Assembly (NCBI GenBank): GCA_016748015.1
Contig: JAAOMT010000570.1
Span: 562,043 to 626,042, forward strand
Direction: 5' to 3'
Source of the DNA: Geosiphon pyriformis uo1
Lineage: Eukaryota; Fungi; Glomeromycota
DNA length: 64,000 bases
Each line of letters begins with the position of its first letter. Within the stretch, counting starts at the first letter, position 1. The notes under the pieces were generated by a model, which saw only the letters and a list, made by a program, of their open reading frames with translations, was not told the DNA's origin and did not search any database. Positions 1 to 11,900 of the stretch are shown here, one piece after another. A program made the position numbers and the translations under genes.

Positions 1-379
1 TAGCAAATTAAAAATTGGCGAAAATAAATTTCTAATACCAATTAATTTTTCGATAAAAATTAATAATACCAAAAACTTTGAAATTATAATTAATTTATAC
101 ATTAAAGAAAAAACAAAAATTTAAACATAATATTATGTAAAAAATAAAATAAAATATTAATGTTAACCTAAATAATTAATTAACAAAAAAAACAATACAA
201 AAAATAGTTATTGTCAAACAAAATATTTAATTAAAAAATTTTAATATTATTTTTTTATTTATATTATTAAAAAATTAACCTTGAAAAATTGTAACTCTTT
301 AAAATAATCAATAAATTTATTTTAAATTATTTTTTATTTGTAATACTTTGTTATGTTTTTATTAATATATTTTTTTTAT

Positions 380-640
380 TAAATTTAACATATAGTTCAA
401 TTTTTATTTAATATATTAAACTAAGTAACTTAGATTAAATATAGTTTACATGTTTTTTATATATAACCAGATACAAGTTCAGTCTAAATTATACTATCTT
501 GAAATTATAAAAGAAGATTTATTTTAAAAAAATATCTTACTTATAATAGTAACTAGTGTATTATTGTTTTTAATAATAATATTTAACTATTTAACTATTA
601 TATTTGTATTAGATTTAATACTATTAAATTAATATTTTTA
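380..640 (-). mobile_element. 3' fragment of the ORF1-only non-autonomous element (ORF C-terminus plus LINE-type 3' UTR), highly degenerate
   Basis: Minus strand 'aagatatttttttaaaataaatcttcttttataatttcaagatagtataatttagactg' aligns by eye with the ORF-end/3' UTR junction of the 25610-27892 element ('aagatgttatttctaaataagttttcttttagtattaacatagtatagcctaaactg'). Confidence 0.5.
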
Positions 641-699
641 AAAAATAATTGATTTAATATAAATTTTATTATCAAAAAAATTACTATTATATTTATTTA

Positions 700-3600
700 T
701 CAGGCTTTGAAAACTGTTCATCTTATCAATATTTAAGCTATTATTAATAAAAAAAAAGCTATTAAAGTTCATGTTATAATTAGTACTGGTATTGGTTTTG
801 AGAAAATCTTGTGTTATTTGTCAAGTGTTAAAAAAAAGTATTGCAAATTCAAGTATTATAAATCCAAGTCTGTTAAGAACAATCTTATTAAAAAATTTAT
901 AAACAAATACATGAAAAATTTTTGTTTTAATAAGAGAAAAATAATCAGAAGTGTCTTGAATTGGTTATTTCAGAAGGTAATTTTTGATTATTTAATAGTT
1001 AATAACAAACTGGTTCTAGAGCCATAGGTAGTCAATTCATAATTAATACAATCATAGAAGAATAAATGAAAAAGTATGCAATGCTTGATATTTTGTCTAA
1101 TTATTGGCTTAATTAATATGTTTCTTTAAACTATGTTAATAATAAAACTTTTTCAAATATTATGTGTAAAATTAAGCTTGATGAGTTTTTGCAGATTGTC
1201 AAGGATTTGTTTAATGGAAAAACTACTAGTCTATTTGGTATTCCAAATAAGCTTTGAAAGAATGATAATAAGCAGATTCTGAGTGGTTTGTTAGATATTC
1301 TGAATAGATATTTGGTGTTGAATGCTGTTTTCATACAATAAAAAAGAGTTTGGGTTTCTATGATATTAAAGCCATATGATTAAAAAAGGGCTCTAATAAA
1401 TATCAAACCAATAATCTTAATTGAAACAGTCTGTAAAATTTTGTCCAAAATTCTTTTGAATAGGATCTTTTTGGCTTGTAATAATTTTAATGTTTTATAT
1501 AATGATAATTTTTCAGTATTAAAAGACATATCTATTTAATCTCTTATTTTTGCTATTGGCTCTATTGTTAAAAATGTATTAAAAAAAAGTTGTAAACTAT
1601 AGCCAATTCTACAGAATATGTGCAAAACATATAATTCAGTTAATTGGTTTTATTTAAAAAACAGTTTAGTTAGAGTCAAAATGTGTCTCTATTTTATTAA
1701 GTTTTTTGAAAACATACACAATAAGTGGATCAATCATATAATGATAGATTTCAGGCTTATTGATGAATATACTATTTATAATGAACTGGATCAAAGTGAA
1801 GTTTTCTCATTTTTGTTATAGAAAATTTTTTATGATCTATTGCTCTATGAGATTAAGAGACATAAGAGTTTGTATAAATATAAATTGGATTCAAAATTTT
1901 TTATGCAAACTGGCAAACAGGATCAAAAGAGTGGCTTGACTTTTTTTCTTACAATAGGAGATTTTGTAGATGATACTATTTAAATTAAAAATAGCATGTC
2001 TGCTATTTAGTATATTTTAGATTTAACTAGTGCATTTTTTCATATTAATAATATTCCAATAAATATAAATAAGACAGTGACCATATCTATCAATCAAAAA
2101 ATAGAAATTTTTCAGTTACTAATAAGTAAGTCTTTTATTTTAATTGCTAAAAGAAACAAATTTTATAGATACTTGGTTATTTTTTTGTTTACTGATGATT
2201 TTTTGAAGTCTAATCTTGTTAAAGCTCAGTCTAATATTAGGTTTTTTACAAATTTGGTTTTAAAAAAGACAATATTTGACAAACAATTCTTATATTTGGT
2301 TTTTGCTGTTTTGCAGCCAATAATTAGTTACAGATTACAATTTAGTTGTGTCTTTGTAAGTATGTATGAAAAGTAAGACAGATTGCTGAGAAAGAGGCTA
2401 AAACTAAAGACCAATTTCTCTAAAGATTTTCCCAATGAGACCATTTTTTATTTTGAATTATATGGTCTTAAAACTTTTAGACAAATACAAACTGAAAACT
2501 TTTTGACAAATTTGATGATTTTTGCCAATTCAAGAAACATTCTTGGCAGATTATTTTAACATAGAACTATGAATCTGCAGGCTATCAGTTGGATGCCTTA
2601 ACAACCTCTTAGTTTTCCAATCACATTGTTGATCAATTCCATAAATTATTTTCTGACTAATATGACCAACATTCTGGTATTATGTAGGCTTTTATTAAGC
2701 ATTGATTTGCTGAATGTTTTTTGAGTTAGTAATAGTGTTGCTGTTGCTAATATATTGGGCTTGGAGCATTATTTAGGTGTAGTAGATGCTTTAAAAAAGT
2801 TTAGTATTATCTTTACAAACCAGTTTCTGAATCATTAGGGTGTGTGTTTTACATAGAGTAATTTTTGCAAATGGAAGAGATTAGATCCCAAGAAACCAGT
2901 TTTTGGTTGGTTTGGTTTAATAGTTAAATTTATTAAGGATAGCAGTTTGGTTAGTAGCTATTCTTTAGCTTTTTGTTTTACTTCTGGTCATTGTTTGAGC
3001 AATTTTAACTCTGTTGATAACCATCTTTTGAGATATGAATCTGATAGTATAGTTGTTTATATGGATGGTTCAGTTAAAAGTTTGGAAACTGTGAGTGCTT
3101 ACAGTAATACTGCTGCTTAATTTTTAGGTATTAACACAGATATTAATATTAAAGTGTATGGTTTGTTCTTCTTAATTATAGTAAAACTACATACTATTGT
3201 TTTTATATTGGAGTGTATTCTAGCTTTTAGTTTTATTAGTTTGTTTACAGATAGTTAAACATTATTAGACATGTGTTTATTATTTAAGAAAAAAGCAAGT
3301 TCTAATTTTTGCAATAAATATTAGATTGAAAAAGAGCATATTCACAAAACTATTGTGTTTAAGAAATTGTCAGTCTACTAAAACAAGATAAAGAATCACT
3401 CTAAGATTGTGAGCAATAAGCATGCTAATTTTTGGCCAATCCTGCCACTGTGTCTGACCTTATATTGTCAGTTGATGTGTTGTGTTATTTTTTTTGTTAA
3501 AGGCAAATCTGTATTTGAAAATGCTTATTATTTTACTAAGCATCTTTTTAATGTCATAAATTTTATTGGTTGGGACTTCAAATGTGTAAATAGTGCTGTG

Positions 3601-4480
3601 AATAATACTTTGCATAACTTAATTAATGTAAATAAGACATTTTGTGTGTAATATCTTGATGGTTGGTTTTGAGTTGGTTTTATTAACTTTGTTTCTGCAG
3701 TGCTTTGATCTTACTTTATAAAAGTCTTTTATTATTATTTGTCTGTGGCCAAAAGAAAATATTGATACAATTTGAGTTATCCTAGCATGTTGTGTATTTG
3801 ATGTGAGTTGGTTGAGAACTTTGATTACATGTTTTTTTATACTTATAATGTTAGCACTAAGAAGAATTTGATTTTATTAATTATTAAAACATAAAATGAT
3901 TTGCTAGATGTTAATACTGCTAACAGTGTAGTGATCAAATCTTTGCATAAGCCTGGGTTTTCAAATTATTTGTATATGGCACTTGTTAAGAGTTTTGTAA
4001 TGAAGATATGAATAGCTGATACAATACAGCTTATAAGTGGCTGTTTTATTAATGCAAATTTTATTATCAAGCTAGTCTAGAGTTTTGCCAAGAATTACAG
4101 ATTTACCATATAATTACTAACTGCCAAGTTAAAATTGCATTATAAAAAACATAGTCTCTTGTCACATAATAGATCTAAGATACTGGTTATATCTGGATTG
4201 ACTTTTGTGTAGTCTTATGATATGATTTTTGATTTTGGTATTAGACTGAATATTTATGTTTGTTTTGGTTTGTATTTTTGTTTATCTAGTATTTGGTTTG
4301 GCTTTTTGTGTAACATACCTGTTGTTAATAATTTAAGTGCTTAATGTATGTTGTTTTAATTGGTCTAAGTGACTGGTCATGTGTAGAAAAATGCATGAGC
4401 CACATTTAATATAGGAGTTTATATATCTCTATAGTTTTAGATAGTAGTTAGACATCACTTATTAATCATTTAATAAAAAA
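700..4480 (+). mobile_element. 5'-truncated degenerate LINE: ORF2 RT, RNase H, C-terminal zinc finger and 3' UTR
   Basis: FVDD RT motif at 1963-1974 and RNase H YMDGS near 3058. Fragments are colinear with ORF2 of the LINEs at 28-42 kb, with many in-frame stops. Conserved 3' UTR at ~4345-4460, then an A-rich tail. Confidence 0.9.
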
Positions 4481-7102
4481 TATATATATATATTTTTTAT
4501 TTATTTATTTATTTAATGAATAAGATCCAAATACTGTCTAGTACAATACATCAAATAATTAATCTAAACTAGATGTAAATCATGCATTTTCTATACATGA
4601 CCAGCTACTTAAGCCAATTAGAACAATACTAAACACCTATATAAACAGAAACAGAGTTTTTAATATCCAAAAAAAACAAATGAGACTTCTGAAACCTAAA
4701 ACCAATACCAAACATCTCGTCAATACCTAGCAATTTAACCATATTAGCAGAAAATAACAAAAACAGCCCAGAAACCAATCTTAAAACTGAACTATCACAT
4801 GGTATCAGCTTATTTTTTTCCATAAAAGCATAATATTTAGTGTAGACTATTCAAATCTCTTTCCTAAAAGCAAGACAAAAGTTATGCACAAAGTCTACAA
4901 TCTTCTGACCCACAACTTTGAAATCTTTGAAAACAGATACAGTCTTTTAAAGCCAATTTTTAAAGACAAAACCCTTATAAAAAGCTATACACATTGCAAC
5001 ATTTGAAATACAAGAAGACAATAATTGAGACACACATAAAAAAGAGAAGAAAAGACCAAAAAGCATACACCAAATAGCTACATGGGCATCCAACAAATGA
5101 CAATAAACAGAATTATCAACCACATAAGAAAAAGCATAATCTGAAATCTCAACATTACCATAATACAAACATAATACACTGGAGTAACACTTGTTATATA
5201 AGCACTTCTGAACAGCAACTGGTAATTGACAATGCAAAGCTTTTATGAAGTAATGTGTAAATGCTAGCAGTAAGCTTACTAGTAAAACCAGCAGTCATAT
5301 ATGAGTTGGGTTGTCATATCAAGGACAAGCTAAGCCAATCAATATTCAAAAACAAACTATCATCTAAAATTCCAGATCCAGAATCAACCTTCCAGTGTGC
5401 ACAATGAATAGACCAAAAGATTTCATGAACAAAATATCTAGAATTACCAGAAATGAGACTATTCTCAGCCAAAATACAATGTTTTTTTACATTGAAAAAA
5501 AGCCACCAAAGAGAAAAAAAAACAGTGTTGGCAAGTGTGTCAGCATATTTATTACCCAAGATACCCAAATAATCTTTAACTTTGCACCAATTAATATTTA
5601 AATTCTTTTTTCTAATAATGTTCATGATGTACTAATGCTTAATTCAACACCAATTCCAAAAATTTGGGTGCACCAGATCCAATTCCAACTTGTATGTATT
5701 CAAGGCAACCTAACTGTCCATAAAAAGATAAATTAAGCTAAAAAAAGGGACACATTCAAGAGCCAACACAATAGCCTGTAGCTCTGTCAAAGTAAAAAAT
5801 AACAGACCAAAAACTTTAACCTCTAAATCTAAGTTTACATCCTCAAAAAAAACCATCACACCAGCCCTTACATTAGCACTTCCCAAGTTCTTCAGAGTTC
5901 TATCTGTATAGACAGAAAGGCTGTTAGCTGCAACATCCAACAAACAATTACAAACATGCCTAAACTTACTAGATTCTAGAATACTTAAAAGTCCAAAACC
6001 ACCCAAAAAAAAGAACTGGCAGAAAAAAAAACTATACCATTAAGAAACTCAACAGAAAGCTTAAACCAATTAAGAACAAGACCACATAAGTCCAGCCTTT
6101 TCCAATGCTTGAATATTCTCCAATTAAAGACAACACTCTTCCAACTATAAAGCTGTTCTACAAAAACTATGTCATATTACTGAAGTAAAAGGAGAAATCT
6201 AAAGAACTTAGACTTACCAAAAACAGCTGACATAAGAGTTCCATTCCAAAAACAAAAAAAACTGACTATTGGACCATTCAGAGACAAATTATATCCAAGA
6301 AAAATATGAACCACACCTGCCAAAAAGTTATTAGACAAACTGACTCTAATATGAGCCAAAGAACTTAAAAAATGAAATAGATACCAACTTAAAGCCTGCA
6401 AGTCAAGATATCTGTGTAAAAACAAATGACCCAAAATCTCAATAGAGTTCACAAAACACACAACAAAAGCCACTTTGCTCTTAGCTTGAATTTGTTCAAA
6501 AGTTTTCAAACCATACAACAAAGAGTAATAAAGTGCATTACCAGAAAAGTCAAGAGGCAGACCAGATTTCAGTTTCAAATCCTTGCAAATTAAAACATTC
6601 CACTTTTTACACACTCCAATAAAAACAAAGCTGAACTGTATTTTGTAGTTGACAATAGGATAGAGAACAGTCAACACCAAATACAAAAACTGTTTATTTG
6701 AAATGGCCTTTCTTAGTTTAAAATTGGCAAAAAACCTGACATTCAAATATGCTTTAGCCAAACTAGACTTCAATAAATCTTTAGTGAACAAAAAGATACC
6801 TAGGTAGTAATAAGACTCTCCTTTCTTGGTGATAAAAATAGGCAAACCACTGATTGACAAAGAAGGGCATTCAACTTTGTAATTGATAGGAATAACCACT
6901 GTTTTATTATTATTAATAGAAATGTTATTAATTCTAAAAAATTCACTAACAATATTAAAAATGTATTGTGTTGCAGCCTAACTGCCACCAACCCAGATTA
7001 TATTATTAACAAAAGCACCAGCAGCAAGAAAAGACATTAATTCAGTCTGAGATTCTACATGACTAGTCTTGACAATAAAATAAGAATTCAATTTATATCC
7101 AC

Positions 7103-8074
7103 TGTTACCAGAGGTTTTTGGTTTCTTTTCTTGAAGGTTGTTACTGTTTGTTTGTTGCTAATTTCACGTTTTCTGAAAGCAATTGAACCTCCAATAACGG
7201 AATTTATCTTCAAATTATCTTCTATAATTTGAACTGCTGGGCTTATATATGGAATGACCAATTCTGTGCCAGTTACTTTGTGTAATTACATTGTAGTAAA
7301 TGTCAACTCTTTCCCAGAAATTGCTTATCTGGAAGCTCACTAAAAATGTGTAGTTACTTTGCTATAAAAGTCAACTTTTCTACAGGAATCTCGTCTGTAG
7401 GCTATCTCAATAATTGTAATAAGAAAAAAATAAAATAAAATAAAAGAAATGTAAAAGAAATAGAATTTTGTCAAGAGAAACGTTTTTTATCCAGGCCTGG
7501 AGTCACTAACAGTTTATTGAAATTGGTAGCTAATCAATTTCAAAATGTTAGTTGTGTTAAGGGAATTTCAAATGTAATAATTTAAGGATTTGGTTTTAGA
7601 ATATTTAATTTTTATTTAAAATGTGTAAAAGATGATTTGTTCTAATTAAGATATTTAAAGTAAAATATTATAATAAGATATGAAAAGATACATTTTCTTA
7701 AAGAGAGAAGCTTTTCTTTTATACAACTTGTTGTAGTACTAGTCTTTGAATTTGCACTTTTCTTTTTGTTACAATTTTGGTAAACTAAAGATACATTTCA
7801 GTGAACTACAAGTTATTTCACTGAACTATTGATTATTTCGGCCAATTTTCATTAATTTTAACGAATTTTAACTATATTAAATGGTTCAGAGTATTGTGTA
7901 ATTTGATTATTTTAATTTCTATGGTACAAATTAGATTATTGATTGAATAGTAATATTTGATAATTTGATTAAATAATAAGTGATAATCGAATTAATAATA
8001 ACATATGCTAATTAATAATATGAATTATGAAAGTAATTTCATGCTAATTAATAGTTAAAATTCTACTGGTAACA
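7103..8074 (-). repeat. 3' LTR of the Gypsy element
   Basis: Direct repeat of 16015-16985, with a 9-bp terminal inverted repeat TGTTACCAG/CTGGTAACA. Confidence 0.97.
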
Positions 8075-8077
8075 TAA

Positions 8078-8087
8078 TTTTCTTCTC
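8078..8087 (-). other. Polypurine tract (GAGAAGAAAA)
   Basis: Purine run on the minus strand, 3 nt upstream of the 3' LTR. Confidence 0.65.
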
Positions 8088-8237
8088 AAGACTGAGCTCC
8101 ATTGAAATCCAAGCACTGTCTGTGATGTCAAGATAGTGGTCCAAAATAATTGAGGTAATTTGGTCTGAAAATTGTTAAAATTTCAGTTTTGTGAGCTTTC
8201 CAATATATTGAATCTTTATTGGCTAAAGTATTGGATT

Positions 8238-8720
8238 TTATAGAACGTTTTCACAAGTATTGAATAAATTATAGAGTCTAAAAACTGCTTTAAGTTTGTA
8301 GTAAGTGTTTGTTGATCCAGCTGCTGTCTTGAATTCATTGTGAATTTGTTTTTGTATAGCTTTGGGAGTAATGTTGGTTGTTTCAAGTTCCAGTTTTCGT
8401 TCATAAAGTGTTTTTTTAATATGAAAATATTTATGTATAAGAGTATGTTTATTGTTCTGTTCATTAAGGAATAGTAGAAGTTTTTGTTGGATTGTGGTAT
8501 TTGGTGGAATGTCAATAGGAACAAATAAAAGGTTTTCTTTTAGTACTTGCTTCAAAAGTTCTGGTAATTGATTTCCAGAGTAACTTCTTGTCTTTTTTCT
8601 ATAGGAGTAATAATTCTGAGAATTATTTACTACTAGAGCTGTAGTTTTTTTCTGAATGTAATTAATTTGACTTTCATTAATTATTATGAATAAATTAGGA
8701 AGTGTTTTTAAGGCTAACAT
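8238..8720 (-). CDS. Extra ORF of unknown function between integrase and the 3' LTR (probably once extended to ~8090)
   Basis: 160-aa open frame in the same sense as pol, separated from the integrase end by ~250 bp of A-rich sequence. No obvious TM segment or signal peptide. Confidence 0.6.
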   Translation of the reverse strand: MLALKTLPNLFIIINESQINYIQKKTTALVVNNSQNYYSYRKKTRSYSGNQLPELLKQVLKENLLFVPIDIPPNTTIQQKLLLFLNEQNNKHTLIHKYFHIKKTLYERKLELETTNITPKAIQKQIHNEFKTAAGSTNTYYKLKAVFRLYNLFNTCENVL

Positions 8721-8999
8721 TAATTTTTGAGATATTTGTTGAATATTTCGAGGAATAATTATGATAAAAATGACTAATTAATAAACAAAATTTTGAAAAA
8801 GAATAAAAAAAATTATTTTTTGGGTATAGAGTTTTATTTGTTTTTGGGTTTAAGTGTTTCTTGTAATTATTTACTATTTTGTTTTATGTCTTGTGTATTT
8901 TAAAGAGGTTATTGTAAAATGTTAAATTAAGTGTTCAAGTTTGGTTGTTGTTTTATTATAACTATTGGTTCTAAATTTTGGGGAATATCTTCAGGATTA

Positions 9000-11900
9000 A
9001 TTAAAAAAGAATGTGTACCAATTTGTGAAATTAATGGTTCAGAATTGTTTCTGGAATAATAGTGTTTCAGTTGATTTTCATGTGCAACTTTTGCTAGTAT
9101 TTTGTCATCAAGTCTTAATTTGTATGATCTATTGCTTAAAATTTCGTAAATATAAAATAGTTCATCTTATTTATGTTCAAATTTTCTACTCTATTGTTTT
9201 TCAGTCTTAGTTCTGTGTAAGAAAACTTTATTTTTAACTTTAAATTTATTAGTAACTAGTGGCAGTTTGTTGTCATGTCTTTCTTTTTGTAGGACTTGAA
9301 AGTGTTCAATATGAATAGTTGCTATGTGTTTTTTTCCTTCCAATGTACTAAGGAGAGTATAGGCTTTTTTTTGGAGTGTTTCTTAAAAGTTTTCTTCGTT
9401 GATTGGTTGCACTGAGTATGTTTCTACTGTAAAATTAATTGGTAATATTGCTGTCTTTTCATAAGTAAGATCAAATGGTGTGTGTTTCATAGTATTTTGT
9501 TTTAGTGTTCTGTATATTAGTAATACTAATAGAATAAAGATATTTCATTTTTGCTCAAAATTTGTTGAGATTTTGGCTAAAAATTCACACAATGTTCTAT
9601 TGAAACATTCTACAAGTCCATTTGTTTAAGGATAATAAAATAATAATAGAGGTCTTTTGACATTGAATTGTTCACAAATTTTTTGTATCAAGTTGTTCAC
9701 AAAATGTGTTCTTTGATTAGATAAAAGTTCAATTGGGCGTCTATGTCTACAAATAATGTCTTTATAGATAAAATTTGCTACTAATTTTGCATTTGCTCTT
9801 TGGATGACTTTAGCTTCAGGCCATTTGGTAAGATAATCTATTGCAACTGCAATATAACAATTTCCTTGGTTTGTGATAGGTAATGGTCCAACTAAATCAA
9901 TTCCAACTCTGTCAAAAGGTTGTCTAATTTTGATTGGATTTAAAGGTTCTGTAAGATGAGTTTCTCTTCTTTTTTGACAACTATTACAAGATTCTATATA
10001 TTGTTAAATGTTTTTTTGCATGTGGGGCCAAAAATAATGTTCAAGAGTTCTTTGAATTGTTTTATCTCTTCCCAAGTGTGCTGAAGAAAAATTTGTGTAC
10101 ATGTTGTATAGAATTGTTTTTTTTTCATTTTCTTGTACTAATCTGAGTGATTGGTTTGGGTTTCTGCGATTTTTATAATAGATTTTGTTGTGGTGTATAA
10201 AATATTGTTTTGATTGGTGTTGTAATTGATGTTTTTTACTTGGAAACCAATTTTCTGGTATGGTCAGAATCTCCAAGTAGTTTTTAAGATTGTTGTAATT
10301 TCTGGAATCTATTGTTGTTTTGTTATTTTGTTGATAGATTGGTAAGTTGTGATAGAATTGTTGTTGGTATTAATCTTGTCTTATTCTTAAAAAGCTATTA
10401 ATATTGGTGTGTAGTTTTTTTGGTTTGTGGTGTATAATATATTTGTAATCTGCTAGGAAGTCATTTCATTGAGACTGTTTGGCATTTTGTTTAGTTTTCT
10501 TTTTATTGAGCCACTTAAGACTAATATTGTCAGTTATAATATCAAATTCTTTTCCATTCTTCAAATATTGTTAAAAGTGTTTATGAGCCCAGATGACTGC
10601 AGTAGCTTCTAATTCAGTTAAGCCATATTTGAGTTCTGTTGGCTTGAGTGTTTTGCTGGCATAAGCAATAACTTGCTCCTGGCCATTTTCATCCAATTGT
10701 AATAGGATAACACCAAAAGCTATGTATGAAGCATTAGTGGCTAGTTGGAACTGTTTGTTGAAGTTTGAGTAAACAAGAACTAGAGTTGTTGTTAATTTTG
10801 TTTTGAGAGTGTTAAAGGCTTTCTGCTGTTCTTTAGTTCATTAATATGGCACGTTTTTGTTGATAAGATAGTTGAATGGTTTGGGAATTTCTAAGAATCT
10901 TTTTATGAATTTCTGATAATAGGAGACTAATTCTACAAATTCTTATAGCTCTGTGGTATTTTTGGGAATTTGAAAATTTTTAACAGCACTGATTGTTTTT
11001 GGATTTGGTTTGACTCCATTTTTACTAACTATGTATCCAAAAAAGATTAAGCTTGTTTTTTCAAAGTAACATTTTTTAATGTTTAATTTCAATCTTGCTT
11101 TCTGTAATCATTGAAAAACTTTTCACAGATGAATAAAATAGGCTTCAAAGCTTGGTGAATACACATCAGTATCATCAAGATAGACAACTACTGATTGCTA
11201 TAAAAGTTCTTTATATACAACATTTATGAGTCGCTGAAATGTTACTGGTGGATTGTAAAGTCCAAAAGGCATAATCTTGAATTCATAGTTTCCTTCTTGA
11301 GTGGTAAATGCTGTTTTGGGTCGATCCTTTGGGTCCCATTTCAACTTGCCAGTATCCACTTTCCAAGTTTAAAGTTGAGAAGAACTTGGCTTTTCCTAAG
11401 ACATCTAGCATGTTATCAATTCTTGGAAGTGGGTAAATATCTCTAATTGTCACACTGTTAAGTTGACAATAATCTATACAGAATCTGATTTTTCCGTTTT
11501 TCTTTTTAACAAGAACTATTGATAAGGTCCAAAAACTTCTTGATGGTTAAATCAATCCATTATTGAGCATTCTTTAGACTTCTTTCCTGATGAATTGGTG
11601 ACTGGCAGATGGTATTTGATAAGCTTGTTAACATTTTGGTGGAGCATCTCCTGTGTAGATCTGGTGTTAAACAATATTAGTTTTTTCAAGGTCATTGTTG
11701 TTTTTTGCAAATATGTCAGCAAATTCAGTTATTAACTGTTTCAATTGTCTTTGTTGTTGAAGTTCTAAGGGACTTATGTTAATTCAAGAGAGTTTTTCTT
11801 CTACAAAGTGGTAGTTTTTAGTAGTAGAGATGATGTTTAGATTTGGAAGTAAAGTATGTCTTATAATTTCGATGAAATTAGAAACAATTTAAGGGTTTTC

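Noticed and set aside
8238-8720. Retroviral-type env gene
   Set aside because: No signal peptide, TM helix or clear fusion-protein features, and too short.
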